A DNA stretch of 63,442 bases, counting the filler, from Octopus bimaculoides (Eukaryota), in the NCBI RefSeq assembly GCF_001194135.2. It is 6 parts of 6 records of this genome, joined end to end, with 100 filler letters (N's around TTAATTAATTAA, not from the genome) between each part and the next. Parts side by side here need not be neighbours in the genome. Positions count along the whole stretch, not along the records: positions 62,350 to 63,442 come from NC_068986.1; 5 more parts are not named here. One strand, given 5' to 3'. Every line of letters starts with the position of its first letter. Positions within the stretch are counted from its first letter, which is position 1. This document shows, one piece after another, positions 62,860-63,442 of the stretch. Position numbers and translations under genes: made by a program. The notes beneath the pieces were generated by a model. That model worked only from the letters and a program-made list of their open reading frames with translations, was not told the DNA's origin and did not search any database.

Positions 62860-63337
62860 TATATATATATATATATCATATATATATATATCATATATAT
62901 ATAACGGACTTCTATGTGTGTGTGTTCCTTCCCCTACTGATGGGGAGCAGTTGTTGGTTTGTTTACGTCTCCGTAACTTAGCAGTTTCGCAATCACGAGT
63001 GATGGAATAAGTAGCAGACTTTAAAACAAGGACTTAGGGTCAATTTGTTCGACTGATTCTTCAAGGTGTGTGACTGAAACATGTGCCACCCCACCATCCA
63101 AATAAATAAAAATAAAAAATTAGATAAAGAGATAAAAGATTATATGAAATATTAAAACTGCATTTAATGATTTCTATCGAGTCTAAGAAGTGGGGAAGAG
63201 TACTTGTGACCAGACGAGGAAAAGAGGTGAGTGAATCAGTCGTGGTTGAGTGAAGATGGCACTAGGTAAACCAGCTTCTTGAAGCCGAGACCATAGTAGT
63301 AACGGTATGTGCATGTGCGCGCGCGCGTTTGTATGCG

Positions 63338-63370
<33 letters not shown>

Positions 63371-63442
63371 GAGAATGTACGAAAAGACAACAACAGACGA
63401 GGACAGGTGGTGTAAACAACAGTGCTTGAGTATATATATGTA

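Overview
AT-rich eukaryotic (metazoan) genomic DNA with very dense di-, tri- and tetranucleotide microsatellites, many N-gaps and abundant tRNA-derived SINEs. The repeat landscape suggests an octopod cephalopod such as Octopus (inference). The only host gene I can support is a spliced peptide methionine sulfoxide reductase A (msrA) on the + strand: four coding exons at 16051-16146, 18210-18274, 20824-20952 and 26139-26438. Its first exon was not found, and the protein ends in an ER-retrieval-like tetrapeptide, REEL. The rest is mostly transposon debris: several SINE families with swappable 5' and 3' modules, mariner (D34D) and maT-like (D37D) transposase fragments, Dong/R4-, HERO- and RTE-like LINE fragments, piggyBac-, Tc1- and GGATC-type MITEs, Helitron-like ends, and Penelope-like termini carrying minimal hammerhead-ribozyme motifs. 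Minisatellites and an intronic (CCCTAA)n tract are also present. Almost all entries in the supplied ORF track are microsatellite or N-gap artefacts. The TTAATTAATTAA islands and at least one duplication are assembly artefacts. All alignments were done by eye, so repeat boundaries are approximate.
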